DNA of 64,000 nucleotides from Octopus vulgaris (Eukaryota): NCBI GenBank assembly GCA_951406725.2, contig OX597835.1, positions 1,240,001 to 1,304,000 of the forward strand, read 5' to 3'. Shown piece by piece: positions 12,006 to 24,520 of this stretch (position 1 is its first letter; each line of letters starts with the position of its first letter). The notes under the pieces were generated by a model. It saw only the letters and a program-made list of their open reading frames with translations, ran no database searches and was not told where the DNA came from. The position numbers and the translations under genes were made by a program.

Positions 12006-14581
12006 GAGAGAGTAAAGTCTATTTCACATGTAATTTTTGGATTTTTGGTCCTCTAAAATCGTCTTGGCATATAAGTTGCCCCAGCCATTTTTTTTGTTGT
12101 TTTTTTTTTACTTTTATGCCAAGAGGTATGGTATGTGCTGCACACATGAAAATAAAATGTGCGTAGAACAGTAGAATTTAACAAAAGTTTCAGAATAATT
12201 ATTTGAGCAATACACATCTAAAGCAATTGTAAGTATATAATTTTACCTTTCTTCCAAACCTGTGTTTGCAACTTGTGGCGAATTATCGACTGTAGTGGCA
12301 TCTGGAAATGAGATACAAAATTATATCCAAGAATTACAATTCGCTTTAATGAAGTCATGCCAAAGAATATGTAAATTACGCAAGTACACTCGGCGGATAT
12401 TCCAATGACCAATGCATAATATATTTCTTACTCGTAAAATGCAATTCTGCCAGCTCGCTTGCCTTATATAGTGATGCTAATAAAAACAAAAACTATGATT
12501 CTTTTATTAACACCAGGGGAGACAAAGATGTGGGGAGGAATTTGGGTGGGATAATCATAGGGGGGTGGGATGAAATTGATTTCAGATTATCGGGGGGGGG
12601 GGGGGGTAATTTGGAATCGATTTCATCCTACGCCCGTAATCTGAATGCTGTTTCAAGTCACCAAGAGGTAAACTGAGTGGGGGGGGAGGAGGGGTAATCT
12701 GAAATCGCTGCACCGGCGCTCTTTCTCTGAATTGAGTTTTCTTCACAGAAAAAGAACAAAGGCAATGCAAATCAGTCCTCTTCATTACGCCCTCATCTTC
12801 TGCCTCAGCTACTATTGACTGTCACTCGCTCTTCTTCCAATTGTTTACTATAGAGTATTGTGCATAGCGAGTACCTACCTTTGTTAAGAGACATTGCATA
12901 TGAAAGAGTACAGAAGCAGACTCCGAGGATGATCTTCGTTGTGCACTTGTTGACACTGGAAATGGAAAAACATCAAATATCAGTATATACAGAGGTATGT
13001 GTGTGTGTGCACGTGCATATGTGCATGTGTGCATGTGCGTGTGTGCCTGTGTATGTGTGCGCACATGCATATATATATATATATACACATATAAAAAAGT
13101 CTTTAAATGAATTGTCTCCGCCCTCTCTATGCCTTGAAAGGCAAAGAGATGGACGATTGAAGTGTTGCCAGCACGTGCAACGCTGAGCAACAGAAGGGAA
13201 AAGGAGAAAAGAAACGCGAGAAAGAAGAGGGAAAGAGCAAGGAGAGTTCAGCGTTGCAACCCCTGTGAATCCAAGCCCTCCCACTACCACCACTAACACA
13301 AACAACACTCAACAACAACAACAACAACGACCCAATGCATTAAACGAGTGAGGTTTTGCTTTCAGGGCAAAGCCTAGAAAGGAATGTTTTTGTAGAATCT
13401 CTCAAAGACAACAGAATCATGTTAAAAAGCAAAAAAGCGAAAGATGTGTTTCGATAAACGCACCTCCAGATATTATAGACAATACAAACAAATGTACCAT
13501 AGTGTAAAAAACTATATCTTTACAAAATAGACGTTTAGAAACTGCCACAAAGCAAGCAGTTGGGAAATGCTTGCAACGCATTTGGAAAGATGTAACATAT
13601 TTGTCGAGGGACAAGAAATATGGCACAATTGAAGTTAGATTTGCTACAGAAGACATAGCAAAACAGCACTCAACAGCCCAGCTGAGAAACTGTGAACTTT
13701 CCTAGTTCCAACATACTTGGAATGGCACGCGTTGTATAGAGTTTTAGGAGTGAAAGGAAACGACAATGTTCTTGGGTATACACTAGGTGTTGATGAATTT
13801 CAACTCTCCAATCTGTTCCGAAGGACTTTTGGGTCAGGGCCCATGGATAACTTCCAGAAATCCCTGGCCTGACAGTGCTACAGTGGGGCTTTGCTTGTTC
13901 AAGATAAACTCTACAGGCATGGAAGCGCTGTCAGTCAGACCTGCCCAAGATGTGCTCAGGGCAAAGAAACCATTCTGCATCCACTCATCCAGTACCTGAG
14001 CATATCTGATGTATGAGTTTATGTTGAACACCTGCTGTCACATGTAGGACGTGTCCGCTTGTCAGCTGATTCCATCATGAAGATTGCCCTTCCTTCAGCC
14101 AGTAAGGGAAGGCAATTTTCATCTGTCTCATGGCTGTAGCGAAATAGATTGTGTCTTGGTCTAGACTAAAAGGGCTGAAGACAAATCCTTTTCTCTTTCG
14201 CCTACTCCTCATCTACTTTCTTGATAAGGAAAGTGAGGGTTGACTAAGAAGTGCTGACTTCCAGCAATTTTGTTAAAAGGTGGATGTGGCAAAGATGGTT
14301 CATGTCAATGAGCCTACTTTGAGCATGTGCTTTTGAGTTTCCAAGGCTGAGAGAGAGAGAAAGGTGAGGAGAGGGCTGTTGCCCTAGTGGTCATAGCACT
14401 TGTGGATTTTTCACAGGGTCTCCATGAGTAGTCCAGTGTTAATTGCCTATTTTAGGAATTTTCTTTGTTATATTTTTCATTTTCATTGACTTTTTACACG
14501 ACACTCTATGTAACCCCACTTTGTCCTTCATGTTTAGTAATATCCAATCTTATTTTTGTCGGCCCTTGTGGCTAATAAAGG

Positions 14582-14635
<54 letters not shown>

Positions 14636-15030
14636 GAGAGAGAGAGCAGTGCATGCCATCAAAGTGACACTGGGGTACAAATATACAAAGCCCAGTATAC
14701 CCATCATGACTACCCGTCTGATAAGGGTACACCAGACACATGCATCACAGCCATATGTGCACGACATGGTGATCTCATATCAAGATAAACAGCACATGAC
14801 CTAGCAAGTGGGGGCCCAGTTAGAATTTTCTTCTGGTCGAGTACCCCATCCCGCTCAAAAGGTCCCTGAATAAGAGTTGTTTAAGGATGTTGAACGAAAC
14901 ACCCATGTTTCCAGAGGTGAATTATTCAAACCCCAAAGAACTCATCTCAACACATGGCTATCATGCTCCCCCACTACTTCTGCTCCTCATCAGAGATGCA
15001 CATATTGTCAGCCACTAAGGGACATGCTCA

Positions 15031-15063
<33 letters not shown>

Positions 15064-15123
15064 TGGTCCACACACAACCATAGAGAATAATTTAAATGTT
15101 ACTTACTTTTTATAGTCAGTCAT
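7175..15123 (-). CDS. Secreted cysteine-knot (agatoxin/knottin-like) prepropeptide, isoform using the distal mature exon A, 103 aa
   Basis: Exons 15123-15107, 12955-12879, 12301-12247 and 7337-7175 have GT-AG introns with compatible phases (2,1,2). Product: MTDYKNVNKCTTKIILGVCFCTLSYAMSLNKDATTVDNSPQVANTGLEER / HSKCSGWNYRCSPTKSKATPPCCPSYDCHCDTIWKSRCLCHISTPGILQPCPG*. AATAAA at 7059-7064 on the minus strand. Confidence 0.75.
7487..8508. other. Unclassified ~1-kb segment private to duplication unit 1 (insertion here, or deletion from unit 2)
   Basis: Unit 2 reads GACAAATTTTAAGAAATATTG contiguously (~11604-11624). In unit 1 the two halves are about 1 kb apart. Confidence 0.75.
10225..15123 (-). 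CDS. Secreted cysteine-knot (agatoxin/knottin-like) prepropeptide, isoform using the proximal mature exon B, 103 aa
   Basis: Same first three exons joined to 10387-10225 (acceptor ttatttacag): HLKCGRWNYRCDPPGRKDLPPCCPSYDCHCHAFWKSNCRCHTSNFLPLQPCPF*. Framework C-x6-C-x10-CC-x4-CxC-x7-CxC-x10-C. AATAAA at 10107-10112 on the minus strand. Confidence 0.85.
10454..11533 (+). mobile_element. 5'-truncated CR1/L2-clade LINE; reverse-transcriptase C-terminal ORF uninterrupted to 11371
   Basis: TSGVPQGSVLGPLLF, KYADD, RDLGV, VRPHLEFA...WNP and FFTLRVADAWNKLP motifs, with an (ATT)n tail at ~11514-11533. The empty site is visible in unit 1 at ~7403. The first 17 codons of the track ORF (from 10403) are host intron sequence. 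Confidence 0.93.
13650..14635 (+). mobile_element. Degraded non-LTR retrotransposon 3' fragment
   Basis: GC-richer decayed segment with an EHVLL-like motif at ~14320, ending in AATAAA plus (ATT)n at ~14573-14634. Confidence 0.45.
14636..15062. repeat. Dispersed repeat (retroposon 3'-type); inverted copy at ~54390-54760
   Basis: CCATCAAAGTGACACTGGGGTACAAATATA and GGGGCCCAGTTAGAATTTTCTTC have reverse-complement matches at ~54585-54735. Confidence 0.75.
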
Positions 15124-15185
15124 TATTTTAAGAAATGTCCAATATACAAACGATATAGGTATCTGAAGTCTTCTGTATATTTCTC

Positions 15186-15222
15186 TGATGAAAAGGTGTA
15201 GCCAGCTGATAAGCTTTATATA
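15186..15222 (-). promoter_or_regulatory. TATA box and initiator-like site of the knottin gene
   Basis: TATATAAA at 15222-15215 (minus), TCATCA about 30 nt downstream, then ATG at 15123 and a GTAAGT donor at 15106. Confidence 0.65.
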
Positions 15223-15469
15223 AGGTGGGCTTTCTATAAATGCACCCCCCACCCCCCATTCAGCTACTCACATTTCATCACGCCCCCTGCTTTCTCTCTG
15301 TTTTTTTTTTTTTTGTCCTTTTTCTCCTTTCAGAAATAAATTTTCTATTTTCTGTTTTGTTTTCTGTTCTCCCTCATTTCATCCTCTGCCCGTCCCTTCT
15401 CATCAACACATTCACCTTGAAATACTACTACTACTACTACTACTGCTGCAGCTATGAAGGAAGAAAACG

Positions 15470-16421
<952 letters not shown>

Positions 16422-18904
16422 ACCAGAGTGTTTATTTACAAAATCAAATAAAGATGTGTAGAAATAAAATTAAAATACACCGGCGGTAATTGTTCTTCCA
16501 GTGGCAATGTCCTCTCCAAGACAACATAACGAACCAATTAAAACAATCTTTTGCACTTATCATGGAGATGAGAACCGTAACAGCTTTTGTGTTTTATTTC
16601 GTTTTAATTATTTTATTTGCTTTGGGCCCGTGGACTTGACAAATTTTAACTTATCTATTTATATATTGTATAAGACCCTTTACCTCTATGGTGTGTGTGA
16701 TTCGAATATAAAGGCACCTACTTTCTCTTCGCTCCGATGGAGACCCTTGGATCCGTGGTAATGGAGACCCGATGGATCCGTGGTAACAGATCCTTCGACA
16801 CAGCCCCCCTCTGCCACTACTAATTCATTAACGACAGTACAAAAAATTAAAACAAAACTTGTAAATCGAGTGTTAACGATTTCGTTGACATGACCCACCA
16901 AAGAGTCAAAGAAATTTTTCTCAATTTGAAATATTTATGAAATGCAAAAAGTATCTCCATGAGTTGTAACCGGAATGTAGCGCTCACCATTCCAGAATCC
17001 ATCCAGTACCAAGCAGACATTAGAACAGTTGTCACTTTTATATAAAAGTTATCGGAGTTATCCCAGTTACCTGAGTTACCTTCTCCTAGAAGGATGCCCT
17101 AACAAAGGCTAGGAGTCCTTCACTCCCAATGGTTTAACCGCGCGATCAGGTATTCAGTCCCATTATTTCTATGTCCCCGCGCATGATACAGCCTTAAGAC
17201 ATTTATTGGATGGCCATTGACTCTCAAGAGTTCCTCCGCCCTTTGACGGGTTTTGTTTTTCATCCCGCAGGGTGTCCAATAAACACTTTCCTCACCAAGC
17301 AAGCTTGGTGGGGTTGCCGGTTTAGTCGCCGACGACCCGACCATGCAACAGGTTGTACTGGGTTACATGTTACCAGTAGCACTCGAAAGTCACCTGACAC
17401 ATCATACATACATAGCGTGCTTCTTTCAGTTTTCGTCTACCAAATCAACTCACAAGGCTTTGGCCAGCCTGGAGTTATGGTAGAAAACATCTGCCGAACA
17501 TGCCACGCAGTAGGACGGAACCCAAAACAACAGAGATGGGAAGGAAACTTCTTAACCACACAGCCATGCCAATTCATGCCAGTTCAATGAATAATGCGAT
17601 TACAGATTAATGAATACTTCTCAGATGATTCGATGATTTTCCTTACCAGAGAGGCTTTCCAACGGCTACGGTGGGCCATGCTCACAAAACCATTCCATAC
17701 TTTTTCATTCTTTTCATTCGGAATGATTGTGCTTCCATAGCAGGGAGAACTATGTTAACATATCATGTAACAGTGTCACAGCTGGTAAATGTAATCTCAG
17801 AGCTAAATCTATAAAATCTGATATCACTCAGTAGTTTCTCTTGGTGTAGCTATAATCCAATCAGTTGCATTTAATTACCTGTTGGTTCCAGAACTGAATG
17901 GACTGAGAATTAAGTGACGTGCACACCTACACTCATACAAAAATTAGATTTTTCTCTCTTACACACACATATTTATGTGTGTGTGTGTGTGTGTGTGTGT
18001 GCATTTGTCCCCACCACCACTTTGCAGCTGGTGTTGGTGTGTTTACATCCCCATAACTTAGCTGTTCAGATCAATAGAATAAGTATAAAAACATTCGAGG
18101 CAGTGCTCCAGTATGGCTACAGTCTAACGAGTGAAACAAGTACAAGAACACATATATGACAGGCTTCTTTCAATCTCCATCTACTAAATCCACGCGCAAG
18201 TATTTTGATAGAAGACACTTGCCCAAGATTCCACTCAGTGGGATTGAACCCAAGGCCATGGTTGGGAAGCAAGCTTCTTAGCTCACACAGCCATGCCTGT
18301 TTCTAATTACAAAAGACATCAGTATAAAGTTGATAAAAATATCTCCAAAGATATTTCCAGAAAATTTACCAAAAAAACATGTAGAACATTGTTTTCAAAG
18401 TGGCCATGTGGTAAGAAATTTGCTTCCCAATCACATGGTTTGGGGTTTAGTCCCACTGTGTGGTTCCTTGGGGAAGTGTCTTCTACTATAGCCTCAGACC
18501 AACCAAAGCCTTGAGAATGGATTTGGTTGGCGGAAACTGAAAGAAGTCCATCATATACAGACTTAATAGGGATATATTTACTGTTTAGCTTAAGCAAAGA
18601 ATTCCCTGATTTGGGAGGGGGTCTATACAGAGATGATACACTTTTCACCCTAGATAACCACTCTAATAGGCAGACAGAGAACTTCAAGAAAAGACCTTTT
18701 AAATTCTTTAAGAACTTAGGACTATCCATCTTTATTAGAAAATGAACAACCCTGTCAACTTTCTTGATATTACTATAGATCTAAGTGCAGATCTAAGATC
18801 TAAGATACTTTATCTATGATCTATGATACTTTAGATCCACCAGGATGTCTTTGTTGAGGACAATAAGGACAGGATGTCCTTGTTGAGCTCTACAGATCTT
18901 CCTG

Positions 18905-19277
18905 GACAAGGCTTGTCTTCTCGGCTGTAGTTTCTGGCTCAGAATTTCTGAAACCACCATTGACACTGGCTTACACTAATTGTCCAATCCCCATATACTG
19001 TATTAATATTCCTTGCACTTTCTGTTGCGTTGTTGCCTTTATTGAACCCATAAAGCAAAATATGCCAAATATGCTCCTTTGTCACTTCCATTATGGCTTT
19101 GAAAAAATAACTGTTAAAATCGAACTGCACTCTTCAAAATTTGCACTAAGAATAAGGACAAGGTAAAATTACTACCTACTTTTATAGCAAGTTGATAAAG
19201 GTTGTTTATCCCGTCCCCCTCTGGCTTTTAGTTCATGCAATTGAAAAAAAAGCGCATTATTTATGGAATGACCCAAT
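18905..19277 (-). mobile_element. Mariner element 5' fragment (TIR plus HTH region)
   Basis: MEVTKEHIWHILLYGFNKGNNATESARNINTVYGDWTISVSQCQWWFQKF resembles a mariner N-terminus. TA-TTGGGTCATTCC end at ~19277. Confidence 0.8.
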
Positions 19278-19302
19278 ATGTATAAGTATTTTAAGTATAT
19301 AT

Positions 19303-19533
19303 ATTTCTTTATTGCCCACAAGGGGCTAAACATAGAGGGGACAAACAAGGACAGACAAAGGGCTTAAGTTGATTACATCGACCCCAGTGAGAAACTGGTA
19401 CTTAATTTATCGACCCTGAAAGGATGAAAGGCAAAGTCAACCTTGGTGGAATTTGAACTCAGAACATTAAAGACAGACGAAATACCACTAAGCATTTTGC
19501 CCGGTGTGCTAACGTTTCTGCCAGCTCGCTGCC
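19303..19533 (-). mobile_element. tRNA-derived SINE, family 1; further copies at ~20710-20840, 26349-26560, 28285-28460, 35340-35550, 42000-42120
   Basis: GGCAGCGAGCTGGCAGAAACGTTAGC head, B-box-like GAGTTCAAATTCC, and core ACTTTGCCTTTCATCCTTTC...GATAAATTAAGTACCAG recurring across the window. Confidence 0.85.
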
Positions 19534-20099
19534 TAAGTATTATAAGTATATATCTATGTACACACACACAAACTTATACATGCTTGGTTTCCTAGCATGA
19601 AACAGCTAGGATTTTTTCTCTCTAACATTTTACATGTTCAAACTACACAAGTTAATGTGTAAATAACAAAGTAGGAATTTTGAAAGAAGTTTCTATAAAA
19701 CTAGTTTTTAAACACGAAATGGCTATGAGGGGTTCCATCTTTCAATGAAATAGTAATCACAGAAGTCCGTAGATAAAAATTAGTGGGAAACCACTGTGTT
19801 ACATGAAAGAGTTAACGTCAGTTGACTCTTGTAGATATGGTGGAATACAATAGAATGATGAAATTTCAATGAAATTTCAATGAAATTTCAAAAACAAACA
19901 AAGCAAACTCAATTGGGATCCTGATAATTTACTGTTTGGTAGAACAAAGTTGAGAATCTCCATGAAATAAGCCATGTTAAAACTAAAGTTGCCTTCAAAT
20001 GCAGTCACTATAAATAGCTATCTCAATCTACCATTAATGACATTTTAAGTGGAGAAACAGTAGTTAAGTTATGGAAGCTTGATATAAAGCCAGAGAAAT

Positions 20100-23000
20100 T
20101 CAAGGATTTGTTTCAGCATAAAGTTTCTTCAGAGCTATACTTTTAGAATTCACTAAGTCATCCAGAATGTTAGCGGACTCATTGTTGAGATGAGAGGCTT
20201 TGTTTACACGTTTTCTATGTAAAGACTTTAAGTCTTCAGCATATTGTAATTTCCAAGCCAGCGTCTTATGCTGTTCTTCCAGTCGCTGCCGGTGATCCAG
20301 AAGTGCACGGTTGCTTATAATCAAAGATTTAAGTTGTTTCCTCAGTGATCTATTTTCAGTCTTTATCATCTCAGCATATTGAACCAAATGCTTCCTGGCT
20401 TCCTGCATCGAAAAACATAAAAGATGGAATATTAGTGACTTCCAACTTCGGTCAGAAATTTACAAGAAGGGAAGGGTTAGTTGATTAACCATTTAACATT
20501 TAAACCAGCCGTTTCCAGCCAAAATATTCTACCAGTTTTATGTTCAAACTGGCCATATCCAGTCTCTCATACCTGCTCTACAATGTCATTACCAAAATAA
20601 ACAATCATATCAACAAAATCTCAAACCTACAAAATAATGCCTGGTAAATTCAAAACAACGTGAACAAGTAAACATTACACTTGATAGTAATCTGAAAGCT
20701 AAAGGGTTAAAGTGATCCCAGTACTCAACTGGTACTTTATTTTATTGACCTTGGAAGGATGACAGGCAAAGTTGGCATCAGTAGGATTTGAACTTAGAAT
20801 GTAAAAGGCCAGAACGAATGCCACCGGTCATTTCGCCTGATACTCTATAAATACTACTAATCCATAATAATAATAATAATAATAATAATGTAAAATGTAA
20901 AATAGCCCCGAATCTCCTCTACAGCTGTCCCTTCTTTCATACTTTTAGCCCAGTGGTCCTCAACCAGTTTTTACTTTCAGACCCCTTTGATTCCTATTTT
21001 ACTTGGTTGGATCCTCATTGGCCACTTTTGATGTTTTAAGAAAATCCTTTTATGTTTTTATAATTCAGAAATGTATACTCTTTTACTTGTTTCAGTTATT
21101 TGACTGTGGCCATGCTGGAGCACCACCTTTAATCAAGCAAATTGACCCCGGGACTTATTCTTTGTAAGCCTAGTACTTATTCTATTGGTCTCTTTTGCTG
21201 AACCGCTAAGGTATGGGGACGTAAGCACACCAGCATCAGTTGTGGTGGTGGTGGTGGTGGCAACAACAACAATGATGAGGAACCTCTGTCAGCTAGAGAA
21301 TCGGTAATTCATTTAACCAGTGAGAACTTACCTCATTTGCCTCTTTGGTAAGCACACGGATTTTCTCGTCTGCCTCTATACGAAACTTCATTTTCTCGTT
21401 TATGTATTGTTCTTTCAATTCCTCAACACTCAACATATGATGGTTTCTGATTTCTATTATTTGCTTTTCAAGTTCAGCGATTCTTTTCAACTGTTCCTTT
21501 TGGAGAAACTAAAATTGGAACACAGCAAAATATACTGTTTCAATTTTGAAATAGCATTTGCAAGGGCCAAAAAAGAAATAACAAATAAATAAAGGTCAAA
21601 ATTGTATCACTTCACAGTCACATGGTTTCAGGTTCAGTCCCACTACGTGGCACCTTGGCCAAGTGTCTTTTACTACAGCCTTGGAATATGGCAATAAAAG
21701 AGTTAAAAACCACTGGAAATAGGCCAAGAAAATAACCCTTTATAGTGAGATTATTATCCATTATTTTCAAAAGAAATAGGCAAAATTATTCTAGTACCTT
21801 ACTTTCTTGGAGAGCATCCATTTCTTGTTTCGTTTTATGAAGAATATGTCTCTTTGCCAAAAGAACTGTTTCAAGATCTGCAAGAAAGACATTTAAACAG
21901 TTAAAGGAATGAAATACCGGAAAATGTTTAACAAAAAATATTTACTAATTTAGTCTAAATGAATTTTATTTTTTGCTGTATTTGGGGATGGTCATATTGT
22001 GGTGGAAGGATAATTGACTGGAAGGGAGAGAAACGTTGGGAGAAAACAGGATGCAAAGGAAGCGGAAAGGGATGAGATGACATCCACAAGTGACAAGTCA
22101 AGTCAGCCTCTTTCTTACAGTGTCTGCGGGCAAGGTAAGTCATGTGCTGCTAGCAGTCATGTGTAATAGTCCTGGCAAGTGAGGGATCGGCAGAGCCAAC
22201 ACACGATTACAACTGAATGATCTGACCAGTTGTTCCCAATTGCAACTTGAGGTAAAAGCAACTTTATTTCATGCCTTTAAACCATAAGCTATTTTTTGCC
22301 AATTACCATATACACCATATATATTTGGTCTTCACCTCAGCTAAAATATTATTCTTGTTTTAGTGTCCTTTGTCTGGAAATCTTTCATCACACAGCCTGT
22401 CACCTCTAGATATTGTTGTTTGGGACATATAAGAAAAAGTATGTCCCATCATAGAGGCCAGTTGTCCTGCTGATGTGAATAGCTCTTGAAAATCAGAGAA
22501 AGAAGATAACAAGGGACAACTGCTTCGAAACCTCCAGCTTCCGCATCCAGACAATGAATTTTACATTTATTCTAATAATCGGAGGAATTGGTTTTGTGAG
22601 TGAACGCCTGACTGTCAGCCTGGATGAGCTTGGGTCTTCAGAAAAAGAAACCAACTGATTCACAATTTACACATTGCAAATACAATATGAGAGCAGAACG
22701 GTAAAACAATGCCAGACTTTTCTCAGGTTTAAAATGTGATATTGTTTTGGTTATCAACATTCCAAAGATGGAGCTTTGTATCTTTCTCAGAAACCAGCTC
22801 CTTCTTCAGAGGAAGAATTTAAATGATTTAACTACAGAAGATACATACATATGACAGGCTTCTTTCAGTTTCTGTCAGCCAAATCCCTTCACAAGGCTTT
22901 GGTCAACCCAAGAGACACTTGACAGAGATGCCACACCGTGAGATTGAACCCAGAACCATGTGGTCATGTGGATAGGAAGCAAGACTTTTTATCACCGAGC

Positions 23001-24481
23001 CATGCCTGCACCTGTTGCCCACAAGATATTAATAAACCATCTTGTTTCTCGATCTCAAACAAATGTCTAAGTTCACCTTTACCTACGAGACATTAGTACC
23101 CTACCTTTCTTTTGGTCATCGTATTTTTCTTCTACTTGCTTTCGTTCTGCTTGAATTTCCCGAAAGAGTTCTTTGTTGTGGTCGTTCAGAGTAATGACTG
23201 CTTTCTGCCTCAGCTCCGTCTTCTTCCCCATATAGTTCATGTATTCATGCTGAAAGACAACACAGCAACAAGCTTTTCCGGTCGGTCTACAATGTTCCCA
23301 CTCTTACAAGTGAGGTCAAATATTCACGGCACTCTACATATTTTCCCTTTCGCATTCCTTCCCCCCCCCACCCCACTGCATACACACACAAAGGGTTATG
23401 CAATACTATTTTAATAGATATTCATACGTACTTTAAAAACACATTAAAATATTGATGATGATGATGAAGAGGAGGAGGAGGAGGATATAGTAGAAGTGGT
23501 GGTGTCAGTGGCAGTGATAGCAGTGTGTGCCATTCCTTTGTCAAAGGTGTCACCTATCCCTGATGCCCCAAACACCTCAGCTGATAAAATGAATTACCAG
23601 TGGCACGTGTTGGATTGGCAGAATCATGAGAGTGTTGGAAAGACAGAATATCTTGTGTTATTTGCTTTGAATCTTTGCAATCTGACTTCAAATCCCACCT
23701 TGGGCCGACACAGGTGGAAGACTAAATTCAACACCACCAATTCCACCATCACCATGCACCTTGGCTACTTTTATCAGAGTCCACTCTGTTGCTTTGTTGC
23801 CAGTATCTGGGTCAGGTCCCTGATCTTGCCTCTTCCTTTCCTCCCTCCCTCCCTCTCACCAGTTTCAGAGGCCCTATAAAGTATCGAGGGCCTTTCTCCC
23901 TGACTAATTGATAAAAATAATTATCAAAAGATTAACAAATCAATAAAGGTTATGCAACTGATTCCAAAGAAACATCAACAAAATTCTTACACTTTCCATC
24001 CGTGTCTTGGTCGCTTCATCTTCCAGGCTCGTATTTTCATATTGTCTGAGAAACTTAGGAAATTTTAGTGATTTGTCTTATTTTTAAATTAGAAATTACA
24101 CATAATTTGGACATCAAGGACACTGCATTTTTTATCCCTTAAAAGAAGTCTTCAACATTTACCATACATCCTAGAGAATGAAGGTTATAATTTTGAAAAG
24201 CCAATTTAACCCTGGGGAGAGGAGATGGTTATCTATGCTACAAATACCATCTTTTATCTTTTGCTTGCTTCAATCATTGGACTGCAGCCATGCTAAGGCA
24301 CAGCCTTTGAGCATTTTCAGTCAATTGAATCGATACCAGTACTTATTTTTAAAGCCTGGTACTTATTTTATCGATCTCTTTTGCCAAACAACTAAGTGAC
24401 AGGAACTTAAACACACAAACACCAGTTGTCAAAAGGTGGTGGAGGACAAACACAGACACAAAGACTTACACACACACACAC

Positions 24482-24520
<39 letters not shown>

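Larger units (their letters stand above)
6032..12184. repeat. Tandem segmental duplication: units ~6032-9090 and ~9091-12184
   Basis: 6032-7402 matches 9091-10453 nearly base for base except inside the 163-nt exon. 8510-9090 matches ~11612-12184. Each unit has its own ~1-kb private segment. Confidence 0.95.

Noticed and set aside
12440-12471. TATATAAG on the minus strand as an internal promoter
   Set aside because: Directly followed by GGCAAGCGAGCTGGCAGAAT, the head of SINE family 1, and lies downstream of the signal-peptide exon.
16737-16790. Short tandem ATGGAGACCC..GGATCCGTGGTA duplication as a CRISPR-like repeat or LTR primer site
   Set aside because: Only two adjacent copies with no spacer, eukaryotic context, and no paired LTR identified.
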